64,000 nt of DNA from an uncultured Prevotellaceae bacterium. GTDB taxonomy: Bacteria > Bacteroidota > Bacteroidia > Bacteroidales > Bacteroidaceae. The stretch covers positions 4,893-68,892 of the forward strand of contig ONDP01000007.1 of NCBI GenBank assembly GCA_900316645.1. Direction: 5' to 3'. A program made the translations under genes and the position numbers. Below, in pieces: positions 9,348 through 19,393 of the stretch. Under the pieces are notes generated by a model, which was given only the letters and a program-made list of their open reading frames with translations, did not search any database and was not told where the DNA came from. Position 1 is the first letter of the stretch. Each line of letters begins with the position of its first letter.

Positions 9348-11336
9348 ATGAAAAGATTATACGTTATATTGCTGATGTTAAGCACTGTGCTCTCTATGAG
9401 TGCACAGATGGTTGACCCTGTGCATTTCACTTCTCAATTGAAAGAACTTGCCAATGGAGAGGCAGAGATTATCTTCACTGGAAAGATAGATGCAGGATGG
9501 CACGTTTACTCTACCAATTTGGTAGGAGGTCCCATCCCTGCTACCTTCAACAAGAGGAAGATGGAAGGTGTTGAGACCATTGGAAAACTAAAAGCCAGAG
9601 GCAACGAACAGCAGAAGTTCGACAAGCTCTTCGATATGGAGGTGCGTTACTTCGAAGGTATCGCTACTTTTGTACAAAAGATAAAGTTCACCAAGGAGAA
9701 ATACCTTATCGACTGTTATCTGGAATATGGTGCCTGCAACGACGAGATGTGCATGCCTCCATCATCCGTTGAGTTTAAAAAGAGTGGTACTGCAAATATA
9801 AAACAAGAAAAGGAAGAAGGAAAAAAGGAAGAAAAGAAAGAAAAGGAAGAAGAGGAGTCAAAGGACACCACTATAGCCGTTGTTTCTCAACCCCATCCAC
9901 AGCCTTCAGCGTCGCTCTGGCAACCCGTCACCAAAGAACTACAAAATTTCAGTGACACGCCTCAGGAAAATTCCCTGTGGTATATTTTCTTTGCAGGCTT
10001 ACTGGGCGGTTTCCTCGCATTGCTGACCCCCTGTGTATGGCCCATCATCCCGATGACGGTATCGTTCTTTCTGAAACGTAATAAGGAACGCTCAAAAGCT
10101 ATCCGTGAGGCTTTCACCTACGGACTGAGCATCATCGTCATCTATGTTTTCCTCGGACTACTCGTTACATTGTTGTTTGGTGCTAATGCACTGAACGCCA
10201 TGTCAACTAATGCATGGTTCAATATTTTCTTCGCCCTCTTGCTCATTGTCTTTGCTGCCTCCTTCTTCGGGGCCTTTGAACTGACACTGCCCTCCTCTTG
10301 GTCGAACAAGATTGACGAAAAGTCGGAAAGCACAACAGGTTTGCTGAGTATTTTCCTGATGGCATTTACACTTGTACTGGTCAGTTTCTCCTGCACAGGA
10401 CCTATCATCGGGTTCCTCTTGGTGGCAGTATCTACACAAGGCAGTATCCTCGGACCAACCCTTGGCATGTTAGGTTTCTCCATCGGACTTGCCATTCCAT
10501 TTGCTATCTTTGCCCTCTTCCCTTCTTTGCTGAAATCAGCACCGAAATCAGGAGGATGGATGAACACTATCAAAGTAGTATTAGGATTCATCGAACTGGC
10601 TTTCGCCCTGAAATTCCTAAGTGTAGCTGACTTGGCTTACGGATGGCGACTGCTCGACCGTGAGGTGTTCCTCTCCCTATGGATAGCACTCTTCGGACTG
10701 ATGGGAGCTTACCTAATGGGCTGGATACGTTTCCCACATGACGATGCAGAACATCGTACCAATGTGCCACAGTTCTTCCTCGGACTTATCTCGTTTGCCT
10801 TTACCATCTACATGATTCCTGGATTATGGGGAGCACCACTGAAAGCTATCAGTGCATTCACCCCACCAATGTACACACAGGATTACAAAATTATCCAAAC
10901 AACTGTCGTGGAGCCGAAGTTCAAGGACTTTGAACAAGGAATGGCCTATGCCAAAGAACAAGGTAAACCTGTTATCATCGATTTCACTGGATTCGGATGT
11001 GTGAACTGCCGTAAGATGGAGGCTGCTGTATGGACGGACCAAGAGGTAGCCCGCCGACTGAACGACGACTACGTGCTGATTTCACTCTATGTCGATGACA
11101 AGACACCACTGGCGGAGCCTATGGAAGTAGAGGTGGCTGGACAAAAGCGCACCCTATATACCGTCGGCGACAAATGGAGCCATTTGCAAGCCACTAAGTT
11201 CGGGGCCAACACACAACCATTCTATGTGCTGCTTGACACCGACGGAAAACCTATAGCCCCCTCACGCTCCTACAACGAAGACATACAGGAATATATCGAC
11301 TGGTTGGACCAGGGACTATCTAACTTGAAACAATAA
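9348..11336 (+). CDS. dsbD: Thiol:disulfide interchange protein DsbD
   Basis: N-domain C.D..C, TM LTPCVWP and SCTGP, C-terminal thioredoxin CVNC. Confidence 0.88.
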   Translation: MKRLYVILLMLSTVLSMSAQMVDPVHFTSQLKELANGEAEIIFTGKIDAGWHVYSTNLVGGPIPATFNKRKMEGVETIGKLKARGNEQQKFDKLFDMEVRYFEGIATFVQKIKFTKEKYLIDCYLEYGACNDEMCMPPSSVEFKKSGTANIKQEKEEGKKEEKKEKEEEESKDTTIAVVSQPHPQPSASLWQPVTKELQNFSDTPQENSLWYIFFAGLLGGFLALLTPCVWPIIPMTVSFFLKRNKERSKAIREAFTYGLSIIVIYVFLGLLVTLLFGANALNAMSTNAWFNIFFALLLIVFAASFFGAFELTLPSSWSNKIDEKSESTTGLLSIFLMAFTLVLVSFSCTGPIIGFLLVAVSTQGSILGPTLGMLGFSIGLAIPFAIFALFPSLLKSAPKSGGWMNTIKVVLGFIELAFALKFLSVADLAYGWRLLDREVFLSLWIALFGLMGAYLMGWIRFPHDDAEHRTNVPQFFLGLISFAFTIYMIPGLWGAPLKAISAFTPPMYTQDYKIIQTTVVEPKFKDFEQGMAYAKEQGKPVIIDFTGFGCVNCRKMEAAVWTDQEVARRLNDDYVLISLYVDDKTPLAEPMEVEVAGQKRTLYTVGDKWSHLQATKFGANTQPFYVLLDTDGKPIAPSRSYNEDIQEYIDWLDQGLSNLKQ

Positions 11337-11351
11337 AAAAACTAGATAAAC

Positions 11352-11987
11352 ATGAAAAGAGCCATTACAATCATCATGCTCATAGCGCTGACTTTACCGT
11401 CATTCGCTCAGTTTGAAACCAGTAAAAGCCGTAGCCGATACAATCGTGACGATACGGAACGTTATTACGGACTGCGTCTCGGTATGAATATTGCCAGTAC
11501 CAGCAGTGAATCAACTACATTCGATACCAATCCACGTGCAGGACTGGTTATCGGAGGAGTCTTTGGCATGCAACTTACACGTCATTCACCCCTTTGGCTT
11601 GAACTCGGTCTGATGTATTCTGAAAAGGGAGGAAAGACTCATCATAATGACGAGAAGGTTACTTACCGCCTGGGATACCTACAACTGCCGGTTGTAGCCA
11701 AGTACACATTCAATATTGACGACGACCTCTACCTATCGCCCTTCCTTGGTGGTTATTTTTCTATCGGCATCTCTGGCAAGGTGAAGAATTATGCCACTCG
11801 TGAGTCTGAGAGTGTGTTTGACGACATGAAACGCTTCGATGGTGGACTTCGAGCCGGTTGTGGTCTGGAATATCGAATGATGTATGTGGAGTTAGGCTAT
11901 GACCTCGGTCTGGCTAATATCACCAAAGATGATTTCGACTCAGCTAAGACCCGCTGTCTTTTCATCAATTTAGGCATTAATTTCTAA
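11352..11987 (+). CDS. Outer-membrane beta-barrel (porin-family) protein
   Basis: Signal peptide, amphipathic strands (YLQLPV, GGYFS), terminal Phe. Confidence 0.75.
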   Translation: MKRAITIIMLIALTLPSFAQFETSKSRSRYNRDDTERYYGLRLGMNIASTSSESTTFDTNPRAGLVIGGVFGMQLTRHSPLWLELGLMYSEKGGKTHHNDEKVTYRLGYLQLPVVAKYTFNIDDDLYLSPFLGGYFSIGISGKVKNYATRESESVFDDMKRFDGGLRAGCGLEYRMMYVELGYDLGLANITKDDFDSAKTRCLFINLGINF

Positions 11988-11995
11988 TTATATAT

Positions 11996-13105
11996 ATGGA
12001 AAAACTTTATCCTCAGATGATAGTAGAAGCCCTGCAGACCGTAACTTATGCAGGCACCAAGAAAAATATCATAGAGAGCGGCATGCTGGCTGACCAACCA
12101 GCTGTGGACAATAAGAATAACAAGGTGATGGTAGTGCTGGAGTTTCCACGTGATACCGACCCTTTTCTGAAATCGACTGTCAAGGCTGCCGAAGCGGCTA
12201 TCAAGTATCATTGTGGCAAGGATGTCACCGTGGATATACAAACCGAGTTTAAATCGAAACCACGACCTGAAGTTGGAAAGATGCTCCCACAGGTAAAGAA
12301 CATCGTTGCTGTCAGCAGCGGCAAAGGCGGTGTGGGCAAGAGCACCGTTTCCGCTAACCTTGCCATTGCACTGGCCCGCTTAGGTTATAAGGTAGGATTG
12401 CTCGATGCTGACATCTTCGGTCCTTCAATGCCCAAGATGTTTAAGGCGGAGGATGCACGTCCCTATGCTGTCAATGTTGATGGGCGCGACTTGATAGAAC
12501 CCATTGAGGCTTATGGCGTCAAACTGCTTTCTATTGGTTTCTTCGTATCGCCAGAAACAGCTACATTGTGGCGAGGCGGTATGGCTTCGAATGCCCTTAA
12601 ACAACTCATTGCCGACGCTGACTGGGGAGAACTTGACTATCTTATTCTTGACACTCCGCCAGGCACATCAGATATCCACCTTACCCTTTTGCAGACTCTT
12701 GCCATCACAGGTGCTATTATTGTATCGACGCCTCAACAGGTAGCATTAGCCGATGCCCGTAAGGGTATTGACATGTATCGCAACGATAAGGTGAATGTTC
12801 CCATCCTCGGTTTGGTGGAGAACATGGCATGGTTTACGCCTGCCGAACTGCCAGAGAACCGCTATTACATTTTCGGCAAGGAGGGATGTAAACAACTCGC
12901 CGAGGAAATGAAAGTACCCCTACTCGCTCAGATTCCATTAGTACAAGGCATCTGCGACAGCGGTGATCAAGGAATGCCTGCTGCCCTTAACAGCGATACA
13001 GCTACGGGAATCGCCTTCATCAATTTGGCTCAGTCGGTAGTGACTGTTGTCAACAAGCGTAACCGTGAACTGCCCAAGACGCAGATAGTTGGTGTAAAAC
13101 AATAA
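11996..13105 (+). CDS. mrp: Mrp/NBP35 (ApbC) Fe-S carrier ATPase
   Basis: SGKGGVGKST, DADIFGPS, DTPPGTSD and VENMA motifs. Confidence 0.93.
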   Translation: MEKLYPQMIVEALQTVTYAGTKKNIIESGMLADQPAVDNKNNKVMVVLEFPRDTDPFLKSTVKAAEAAIKYHCGKDVTVDIQTEFKSKPRPEVGKMLPQVKNIVAVSSGKGGVGKSTVSANLAIALARLGYKVGLLDADIFGPSMPKMFKAEDARPYAVNVDGRDLIEPIEAYGVKLLSIGFFVSPETATLWRGGMASNALKQLIADADWGELDYLILDTPPGTSDIHLTLLQTLAITGAIIVSTPQQVALADARKGIDMYRNDKVNVPILGLVENMAWFTPAELPENRYYIFGKEGCKQLAEEMKVPLLAQIPLVQGICDSGDQGMPAALNSDTATGIAFINLAQSVVTVVNKRNRELPKTQIVGVKQ

Positions 13106-13120
13106 GGTATCCTTATTTGT

Positions 13121-13183
13121 CAATAACCCAATGTTATTTTGCGATAACAAGATGTTATTCCGCAATAACATTGGGTTATTGCT
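13121..13183. repeat. Three 21-bp palindromic units forming an 18-bp perfect inverted repeat between convergent genes
   Basis: CAATAACCCAATGTTATT (13121-13138) is the reverse complement of 13164-13181. Each unit contains ATAAC-N5-GTTAT. Confidence 0.85.
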
Positions 13184-13192
13184 ATATATATG

Positions 13193-14440
13193 TTATTCGG
13201 ACAGTTTTGATTCTCGCTTATGTTTCAGGAACTTCAAACGCTCCATTGCATAATGTCGTGCTACGAAGAACTGGAAGCGATAAACACATAGAGTCATGGC
13301 AAAGTAGCAAACTGTCTGTATCCACAATATGCGTATCTCTGGCATCACATCACTGACATTTGCTCCCATTGAGTTCAACCGAATATACGCTCTGGCTCCA
13401 AAAGTAGAGGGGAAAAGCCATGATACACCCTGCCAACAACTGGGAATGCATGTCTGAGGCCAAGACACACCTGTAAGGAACAATAATGGAACCGACATAA
13501 ATACCACTATTAGCATAACATTCTCGCGATACTTTACCGTACACGATACCATCATGCCAAAGAAGAGACAGGCAAGTATATAAGGCAACATCATACACAG
13601 CAAAGAATACCAAGTGGCAAGCTGTGGGAAATGGAACAGTCTCGGAACGGCAATTGACAACCAAGCTCCCATCACGATAAATATCATGAAATAACACATC
13701 GCCTTGCCCATCACAATAGGTATTGTGTGCTCATAACGAGAGTCACCCACAGGAATCAGATTACGGTACGGATTCTCATCACGGGCTGTACCGGCAGAAA
13801 GACCGATGCCCAAGACCAGTGTCTGTTGCAGAATAAGCATCAGTACGGCTGGGAGAACGGCTGAGCCGTATCCACCGGCAGGACTGAAAATTGGCACATC
13901 ATCATAGTCAAGCGGACGGGCAGCAATAGCTTCCTCACGAGCCGTATTATGACCACCGAGCTGTGTCTTCAACTCCGTTCCCATCTCCATCGTAACCATC
14001 TGTGCTGTCTGGAAGATGGCCTTATAGGTAAGTACCAAGCTCATATCACAATAAACGCTGATAGTGCCTTGCTTCAAGCCATAGACATCTCCATCGAATG
14101 AGCTCGGAATAAGATAGACACCTTTCACCAATTGGCGACTGACCAGTGACTTCGCTTCCTCAAGATCTTGCGCATAGTATTTCACCTGAACATCGGGCGA
14201 AGCATCACACTTACGGATAAACTCACGTGACAACTGACTATGCGACTGGTCAACCACACAGACTGGCACTTCGTGAACCACCTCATTATTATATATCCAG
14301 GAGTAAAGTAACGGATAGACCAATGGAACAACGACAAAGAAGATCAGTACTCCCTCATCCTTCACTACCTGCGTCATCTCCCTACGCCAAATGTAACAGG
14401 CATCCTGTATCCCTCTATATATACTATGGAATATAGACAT
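13193..14440 (-). CDS. ABC-2 type transporter permease (YhhJ/YbhR-like)
   Basis: N-terminal TM, VVDQSHSQLSR periplasmic motif, multi-TM C-terminus with GVSWP. Confidence 0.88.
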   Translation of the reverse strand: MSIFHSIYRGIQDACYIWRREMTQVVKDEGVLIFFVVVPLVYPLLYSWIYNNEVVHEVPVCVVDQSHSQLSREFIRKCDASPDVQVKYYAQDLEEAKSLVSRQLVKGVYLIPSSFDGDVYGLKQGTISVYCDMSLVLTYKAIFQTAQMVTMEMGTELKTQLGGHNTAREEAIAARPLDYDDVPIFSPAGGYGSAVLPAVLMLILQQTLVLGIGLSAGTARDENPYRNLIPVGDSRYEHTIPIVMGKAMCYFMIFIVMGAWLSIAVPRLFHFPQLATWYSLLCMMLPYILACLFFGMMVSCTVKYRENVMLIVVFMSVPLLFLTGVSWPQTCIPSCWQGVSWLFPSTFGARAYIRLNSMGANVSDVMPEIRILWIQTVCYFAMTLCVYRFQFFVARHYAMERLKFLKHKRESKLSE

Positions 14441-15593
14441 AAGTCAACATCGCATTCTTAATCTTATTAACAACGAGCCAAGGCAGCAATAGGAATGCAA
14501 CCATAGCAGCAAAATGGAACCATGTTTCAACGAGTGGGAATCCATTGAGCACACAGGTCTGATACATCATCCAATAATGACGCAAGGGGAAAAGCCACGA
14601 TAGCGACTGCAAGGGAGCATCCATACCCATAATAGGAAAGGCGCTACCCGCCATAGAGATACTCAGCACCGCCCATAAAGAACAGACACTCATTGACATA
14701 CGAAGTGAAGGCATCAGACCAAAGGCAAAAATGCCAAACCCCTGAGAGGCTAGTACTTGCATCAGTCCTAAGAGCACCAACATCCAAGGACTGCCCAAAT
14801 GGGGGAAACCGAGATGATAGAACACATACCACTCATAGCCGTATACGATAGCCAGCCATATGATGGTCTGAGGCAAAAACTTACCCAGCAAAGCCACAGT
14901 AATGTTATTATCCGCCATCTCCATCCATTTCTTACCTGTTGCAAACTTCAGTTCTGTACCGATAGAATAGGCAGAGATAAGGAAAATGAACAACATAATG
15001 ATACCCGGTACCATCATTGTACTCAAATAAGCATTATAATTGGTCCAAGGGTTGGCTATTTGGTGTAAATCAATCTTGATAGGTTGTAAAAGCGTCTGTA
15101 TCTGCGCATCCGTCAGTCCCTTCGCCCTCATGGTAGCTTGTCCGAGTCCTGCCGAGCCTAAGGTAGAAACCGTCTTCAAATCTTTCATCAGCATCGAACC
15201 GGCAGCTATCGAGGTGTAAGTATAATAATAGGATATCTTTGGCTGTCGGCTGGCAAGGAGCTTATCCGTTGTTCCCTTAGGAATATACAAGAAACCGTAA
15301 ATCTCATTTCGCTGGATGGCACGGCGAGCCTCAGCTACACTGGGATAGCGAGCCACAACCTTTGACATCTGGAAACCATCTAATTTTCTTGACAACGAAC
15401 GTGAAGTTGACGTATTATCCAAATCGACTATACCCACAGGCAGATTGAGAGGCTGACCGTCGTCCATCAAAGAGGTAAAGAAAAATATTACCAATATGGG
15501 AAACAACACCATACAGAAACGGTAGATGTGATTCTGACGCAGAATCAACAGCTCCCTAAGCATAATCTCATATATCTGCCTGAGAATTTTCAT
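14424..15593 (-). CDS. ABC-2 type transporter permease
   Basis: GIVDLDNTSTSR, NPWTNY motif and TM bundle; paralogous to the downstream permease. Confidence 0.88.
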   Translation of the reverse strand: MKILRQIYEIMLRELLILRQNHIYRFCMVLFPILVIFFFTSLMDDGQPLNLPVGIVDLDNTSTSRSLSRKLDGFQMSKVVARYPSVAEARRAIQRNEIYGFLYIPKGTTDKLLASRQPKISYYYTYTSIAAGSMLMKDLKTVSTLGSAGLGQATMRAKGLTDAQIQTLLQPIKIDLHQIANPWTNYNAYLSTMMVPGIIMLFIFLISAYSIGTELKFATGKKWMEMADNNITVALLGKFLPQTIIWLAIVYGYEWYVFYHLGFPHLGSPWMLVLLGLMQVLASQGFGIFAFGLMPSLRMSMSVCSLWAVLSISMAGSAFPIMGMDAPLQSLSWLFPLRHYWMMYQTCVLNGFPLVETWFHFAAMVAFLLLPWLVVNKIKNAMLTYVYIP

Positions 15594-16576
15594 TATTTGA
15601 TAATTAGCGACATACCAGGACGCAAGCCTTCCATCTTCTCTACAGGGCGGGCCTTGACCTCAAAAGTCTTTAAATCATACTGACCATTTGTCTTGGTGGC
15701 TTTCCACACAGCATACGACCCCTGATCTTTCATATAATAGACCTTCATCTGGATATTCTTGTTAAAAGCAGGAACAAAAGCCTCAAAGGTTTTGCCAACT
15801 GCCAGTCCATTGAGTTGGTCTTCACGCACATTGAAAGTTCCCCACATATCGCTCATCAAAGAAATCGTCATAATGGGTGAACCAGTACCTACCAATTCAC
15901 CAACCTTAGGATAAACATCGCTGACTTCACCTTCCATCTGAGCAATCTGTACGGTTTCATGTATATAACTGTTAACCTCTTGAACTGCACCTTTTGCGCG
16001 CCCCACTTGGGCTGCTGCAGCTAACTTGTCCTCACGGCGAGCACCATTGCGGGCCATGTCATACTGACTCTCTGCTGCCTTTGCCTGAGCTTCCATCGCC
16101 TTGTAATTGGCATATACCTCATCTCGCTTCTGAGCAGAAACAACGCCCTCATCAAACAGGCGCTGAATGCGCTGATAAGATTTCTCAGCAATTTCAAGAC
16201 CGGCCTTAGCCTGCTGCATTAGGTTATAGGCTCCACGAATCTGCTCTTCACGGGCTCCATTCTGTGCCTTCAGTTCCATCGCAGCAGCTGCATTTTCTGC
16301 ACTGCGAGCCTGTTCCATCTTGGCACGAACCTCAGGCGCATCAAGGATGGCAAGGGTATCACCCACCTTTACGAAATCACCTTCCTTCACTCGGATTTCC
16401 AAGATACGTCCTGGTACCTTGCTCGATACTCGATACTCACTCACTTCTACCTGCCCCTGTATCAATTCTGGATCACGACCAAGGGCAAAAAAGCCTATCA
16501 AGGCTACGATAGCCACTGCTGCCGAAAAACCGATGATGGCAAGCAGGATGTTGTTATGTTGCGTTTTTGCTGACAT
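15593..16576 (-). CDS. HlyD-family membrane fusion protein
   Basis: TM anchor, SSKVPGRILEIRVKEGD lipoyl-like half, coiled coil, LRPGMS. Confidence 0.9.
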   Translation of the reverse strand: MSAKTQHNNILLAIIGFSAAVAIVALIGFFALGRDPELIQGQVEVSEYRVSSKVPGRILEIRVKEGDFVKVGDTLAILDAPEVRAKMEQARSAENAAAAMELKAQNGAREEQIRGAYNLMQQAKAGLEIAEKSYQRIQRLFDEGVVSAQKRDEVYANYKAMEAQAKAAESQYDMARNGARREDKLAAAAQVGRAKGAVQEVNSYIHETVQIAQMEGEVSDVYPKVGELVGTGSPIMTISLMSDMWGTFNVREDQLNGLAVGKTFEAFVPAFNKNIQMKVYYMKDQGSYAVWKATKTNGQYDLKTFEVKARPVEKMEGLRPGMSLIIK

Positions 16577-16583
16577 AATTATT

Positions 16584-16604
16584 TTAATTATCAATTATAA
16601 TTTA
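16584..16604 (-). repeat. Degenerate heptamer array (TAATTRA-like)
   Basis: Minus strand TAAATTA TAATTGA TAATTAA, beginning at the tolC stop. Confidence 0.5.
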
Positions 16605-18101
16605 CTGTAGTGTTCCCAAAGCCTTCTGCAGATTAACCTGACTGAGCTTGACGTCAATCTCTGCATCAATCTTCTGAGACTGAGCTTGGAGCCAGGCAGT
16701 CTGGGCCTCCATCACTGTGGTGGATGAAATCACGCCCTCGTGGAATCCCAAATTGGCAGTACGCAGGTTTTCATCGGCTTTCTCGGTATTCTTCCTGGCC
16801 ATTTCCAGTTTCTTATAGGCCTCGTTTACATGGAAACTGCTTTGATTTACCTGCAGCTCTATCTTCTCACGGGCTTCTGCTAGTTCGAGATTAGCAATGG
16901 CTGTAGCTCCCTTCGAAGCACGTACCTTATAAGCCACATCTCCCCAGTTCCATATTGGTACACGAACCAGCACACCGACATTCCATACACCGGCGAACTT
17001 ACGCTCGAAGCCATTGAACATATTAGGATTAGAAACGGCATAACCTCCTGTCAGTGCTACCATGGGCAGATTGCCTGCCTTGAGGATGTTTGTAAACTGA
17101 CGACTCATATCTACGATATTCTTCAACTGGCGCAGTTCTGGACGCATCTCAGCCACCTGATCCATGTCGAACGTTGGTGTCACAGCCGTTGTTGCTAAAT
17201 CATCCGTATCTTCATCAGCCAGAGTTACCTGACTTTTCAATGGTATTCCGCAGAGCTGACAGAGCAGCATCTTCGATAGTGTCAATCCGTCATTGACCTT
17301 CATCAGCGTCATCTCTGCTTCATTCACTTTCACACTGACGCTCAGCCCTTCAGAGCGAGTAGCAACGCCCTCTTCTATCATCTTCTGAACATCGCTATCG
17401 AGCTTCGACACAAGATCCAAATAACCCTGAGCCAACTTTTGCTTGTGTTTCAAAGAAACAACCTGCCAGTATGCCTGATCTATCTGATAGATGGTGAGCT
17501 GACGCTTGGCCTCTGCTGAGTTGGCTGCCAATTGTTCGCCAATATCAGCCATCTTGTTCATAGCAATAATAGCACCACCCATAAAGACAGGTTGCGTCAC
17601 CATAATAGCTCCAGCAAAGACATTACGCGAATCAGTGCGGAAAGCATCAACAATACGCTGCCCTCCTGCATTCAGCAACCCACCAAACTGATTCAGACCA
17701 GAACCTAAGTTCTGCTGAACGCTCTCAGGGGAAATACCCATAGCTCCTAACATTGTCCAGACACCCTCCGGCATATCTGCTAATCCTTTCTGAATCCCTT
17801 GACCTATCGAGGTCGTCAGATTTGTACCAAGATTCGATAGTTTCGACTTTTGGTCATCATTCAGGATAGACACTTCCTTGCTGGTCCACTCGTAACCACC
17901 CAATGCACTGACATGAGGTAAGTATTTCGTACGGGCCGATTTACGCAGGTTGGCAGCAACATCCTGTTGTACTTTCGAAACGCTCAGTTGCTTGTTGTTA
18001 CGCAGTGCCATTGCCCGACAACTGTCGAGTGTCAACACCTGTTGCGCTCCAACGGGCAATGTGACCAGAAACAACAGTGCAAAAATAATCTTCTTATTCA
18101 T
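16602..18101 (-). CDS. TolC-family outer-membrane efflux protein
   Basis: Signal peptide, LTLDSC..AL.NN, two OEP repeats, VRVPIWNWG. Confidence 0.9.
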   Translation of the reverse strand: MNKKIIFALLFLVTLPVGAQQVLTLDSCRAMALRNNKQLSVSKVQQDVAANLRKSARTKYLPHVSALGGYEWTSKEVSILNDDQKSKLSNLGTNLTTSIGQGIQKGLADMPEGVWTMLGAMGISPESVQQNLGSGLNQFGGLLNAGGQRIVDAFRTDSRNVFAGAIMVTQPVFMGGAIIAMNKMADIGEQLAANSAEAKRQLTIYQIDQAYWQVVSLKHKQKLAQGYLDLVSKLDSDVQKMIEEGVATRSEGLSVSVKVNEAEMTLMKVNDGLTLSKMLLCQLCGIPLKSQVTLADEDTDDLATTAVTPTFDMDQVAEMRPELRQLKNIVDMSRQFTNILKAGNLPMVALTGGYAVSNPNMFNGFERKFAGVWNVGVLVRVPIWNWGDVAYKVRASKGATAIANLELAEAREKIELQVNQSSFHVNEAYKKLEMARKNTEKADENLRTANLGFHEGVISSTTVMEAQTAWLQAQSQKIDAEIDVKLSQVNLQKALGTLQ

Positions 18102-18105
18102 TCTT

Positions 18106-19011
18106 TTACTTCTCAAGTTCTATAGTACGGGCTCCTATTTCATGTCCATCGGCAATTACCTGAACCCTGTAATCGCCGGGTATAAGAGTCTCTTTCTTAG
18201 CAACAAACAATTCCATAGGAGTCTCTTCACCAGTATATTCTATGGCTTTCATTGCCGTATATGCGACTTCCTTATCTTCAAACGGGCATTGACCTGACAC
18301 ATTCAATACGCTGCCAGTAGGAGTCAGGATGCGCACGTAAATCTTTCGCATGCCATTCGACGCCGTCACATTACGCGAAAGGACGAAACGTACTTTCATC
18401 TCGTTGGTTGAACCGCCAATCTTATGTGGATGTTTGGTGCGTTCCTTGGTCTTCGACGAAAGAGCGGCCTTGACTATCATCATGATGTCAATATTGACGG
18501 CATTGAGCTGGGCGGCAATAGCCACTTTCTGTGAGAGCGAAGCATTGTCGTTGGTCAAAGCCTGGTTCTGCTGATTGCTCTCCTCCAGTTCTGTACGCAT
18601 CTGGCTATTCTCGTCCTGCAAGGCCTGATTGAGTCGGTTCAACGAGTCAATTTCCAAAACATAGCTACGGAGGACTGCACGCACCGAGGCCAATTCCTTC
18701 TTCAGACGGGTTATTTCTGCGGCATCGGTGGCTTTGGTTTTCTTCAACTCCTGTAAGAGTTGCTCTGTACGTTCTTGCTCACGTGTCAACTGGGCGATGA
18801 TAGAATCATTGTTGATGCGTGTCTTCATCTCGCTATATTGGTCGGCAAACTGACGATATTCCCCTTCCATCTCCTGTTTATCGAGGGTAGCCAGTTCCTC
18901 CATATCTCGATTTATCTGTGTCTGTTCACTGAGATTATAAGCAAGATAAATGAGACCTGCTATCAGTAATACTATGATGGCGGATAGTGCCGTTATGACT
19001 TTTTTGTTCAT
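18106..19011 (-). CDS. Hypothetical membrane-anchored coiled-coil protein
   Basis: N-terminal TM, long coiled coil, beta-rich C-domain. TATCTTTG box at 19039-19032. Confidence 0.8.
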   Translation of the reverse strand: MNKKVITALSAIIVLLIAGLIYLAYNLSEQTQINRDMEELATLDKQEMEGEYRQFADQYSEMKTRINNDSIIAQLTREQERTEQLLQELKKTKATDAAEITRLKKELASVRAVLRSYVLEIDSLNRLNQALQDENSQMRTELEESNQQNQALTNDNASLSQKVAIAAQLNAVNIDIMMIVKAALSSKTKERTKHPHKIGGSTNEMKVRFVLSRNVTASNGMRKIYVRILTPTGSVLNVSGQCPFEDKEVAYTAMKAIEYTGEETPMELFVAKKETLIPGDYRVQVIADGHEIGARTIELEK

Positions 19012-19120
19012 AATTATGTAATAATTGGCTGCAAAGATAGGACTTTTCGAGAAAAATGCAAAGGTTTTTTGCTGTTATCTATTGGATGTTTAAGATTTAT
19101 TTTATATATTTGCAGAAAAT

Positions 19121-19381
19121 ATGGCACTTTTTATGGACAAAAAAGGATTCTGGTATAGAACTTTCGACCTTTACTATGACGGCTTCCGTCATATGCGATT
19201 GGGTAAAACTCTATGGACGGTGATTCTCATCAAGTTGTTCATTATGTTTGCCATCTTGAAGGTTTTCTTCTTTCCAAATTTTCTGAAGACTCACGCTGAA
19301 AAAGGTCATGAGTCTGACTATGTGGCCAACGAACTCTTTGAGCGAGCAGCTACCCCCAATTCCCCTAACAAAACTAACTAA
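19121..19381 (+). CDS. DUF4492 small membrane protein
   Basis: YYDGFR.M.LGKTLW..I.IKLFIMFAILKVFFFP, directly upstream of cydA. Confidence 0.85.
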   Translation: MALFMDKKGFWYRTFDLYYDGFRHMRLGKTLWTVILIKLFIMFAILKVFFFPNFLKTHAEKGHESDYVANELFERAATPNSPNKTN

Positions 19382-19393
19382 ACCAATTATAAT

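Noticed and set aside
9800-9860. Purine-rich tract in dsbD, and a similar 9-nt-period tract in topB near 24110-24150
   Set aside because: They encode charged linkers (KEEGKKEEKKEKEEE; SENSENTDNPE) in frame, with no sign of phase variation.
13121-13183. CRISPR mini-array
   Set aside because: The units are contiguous 21-mers without unique spacers, and no cas genes are present.
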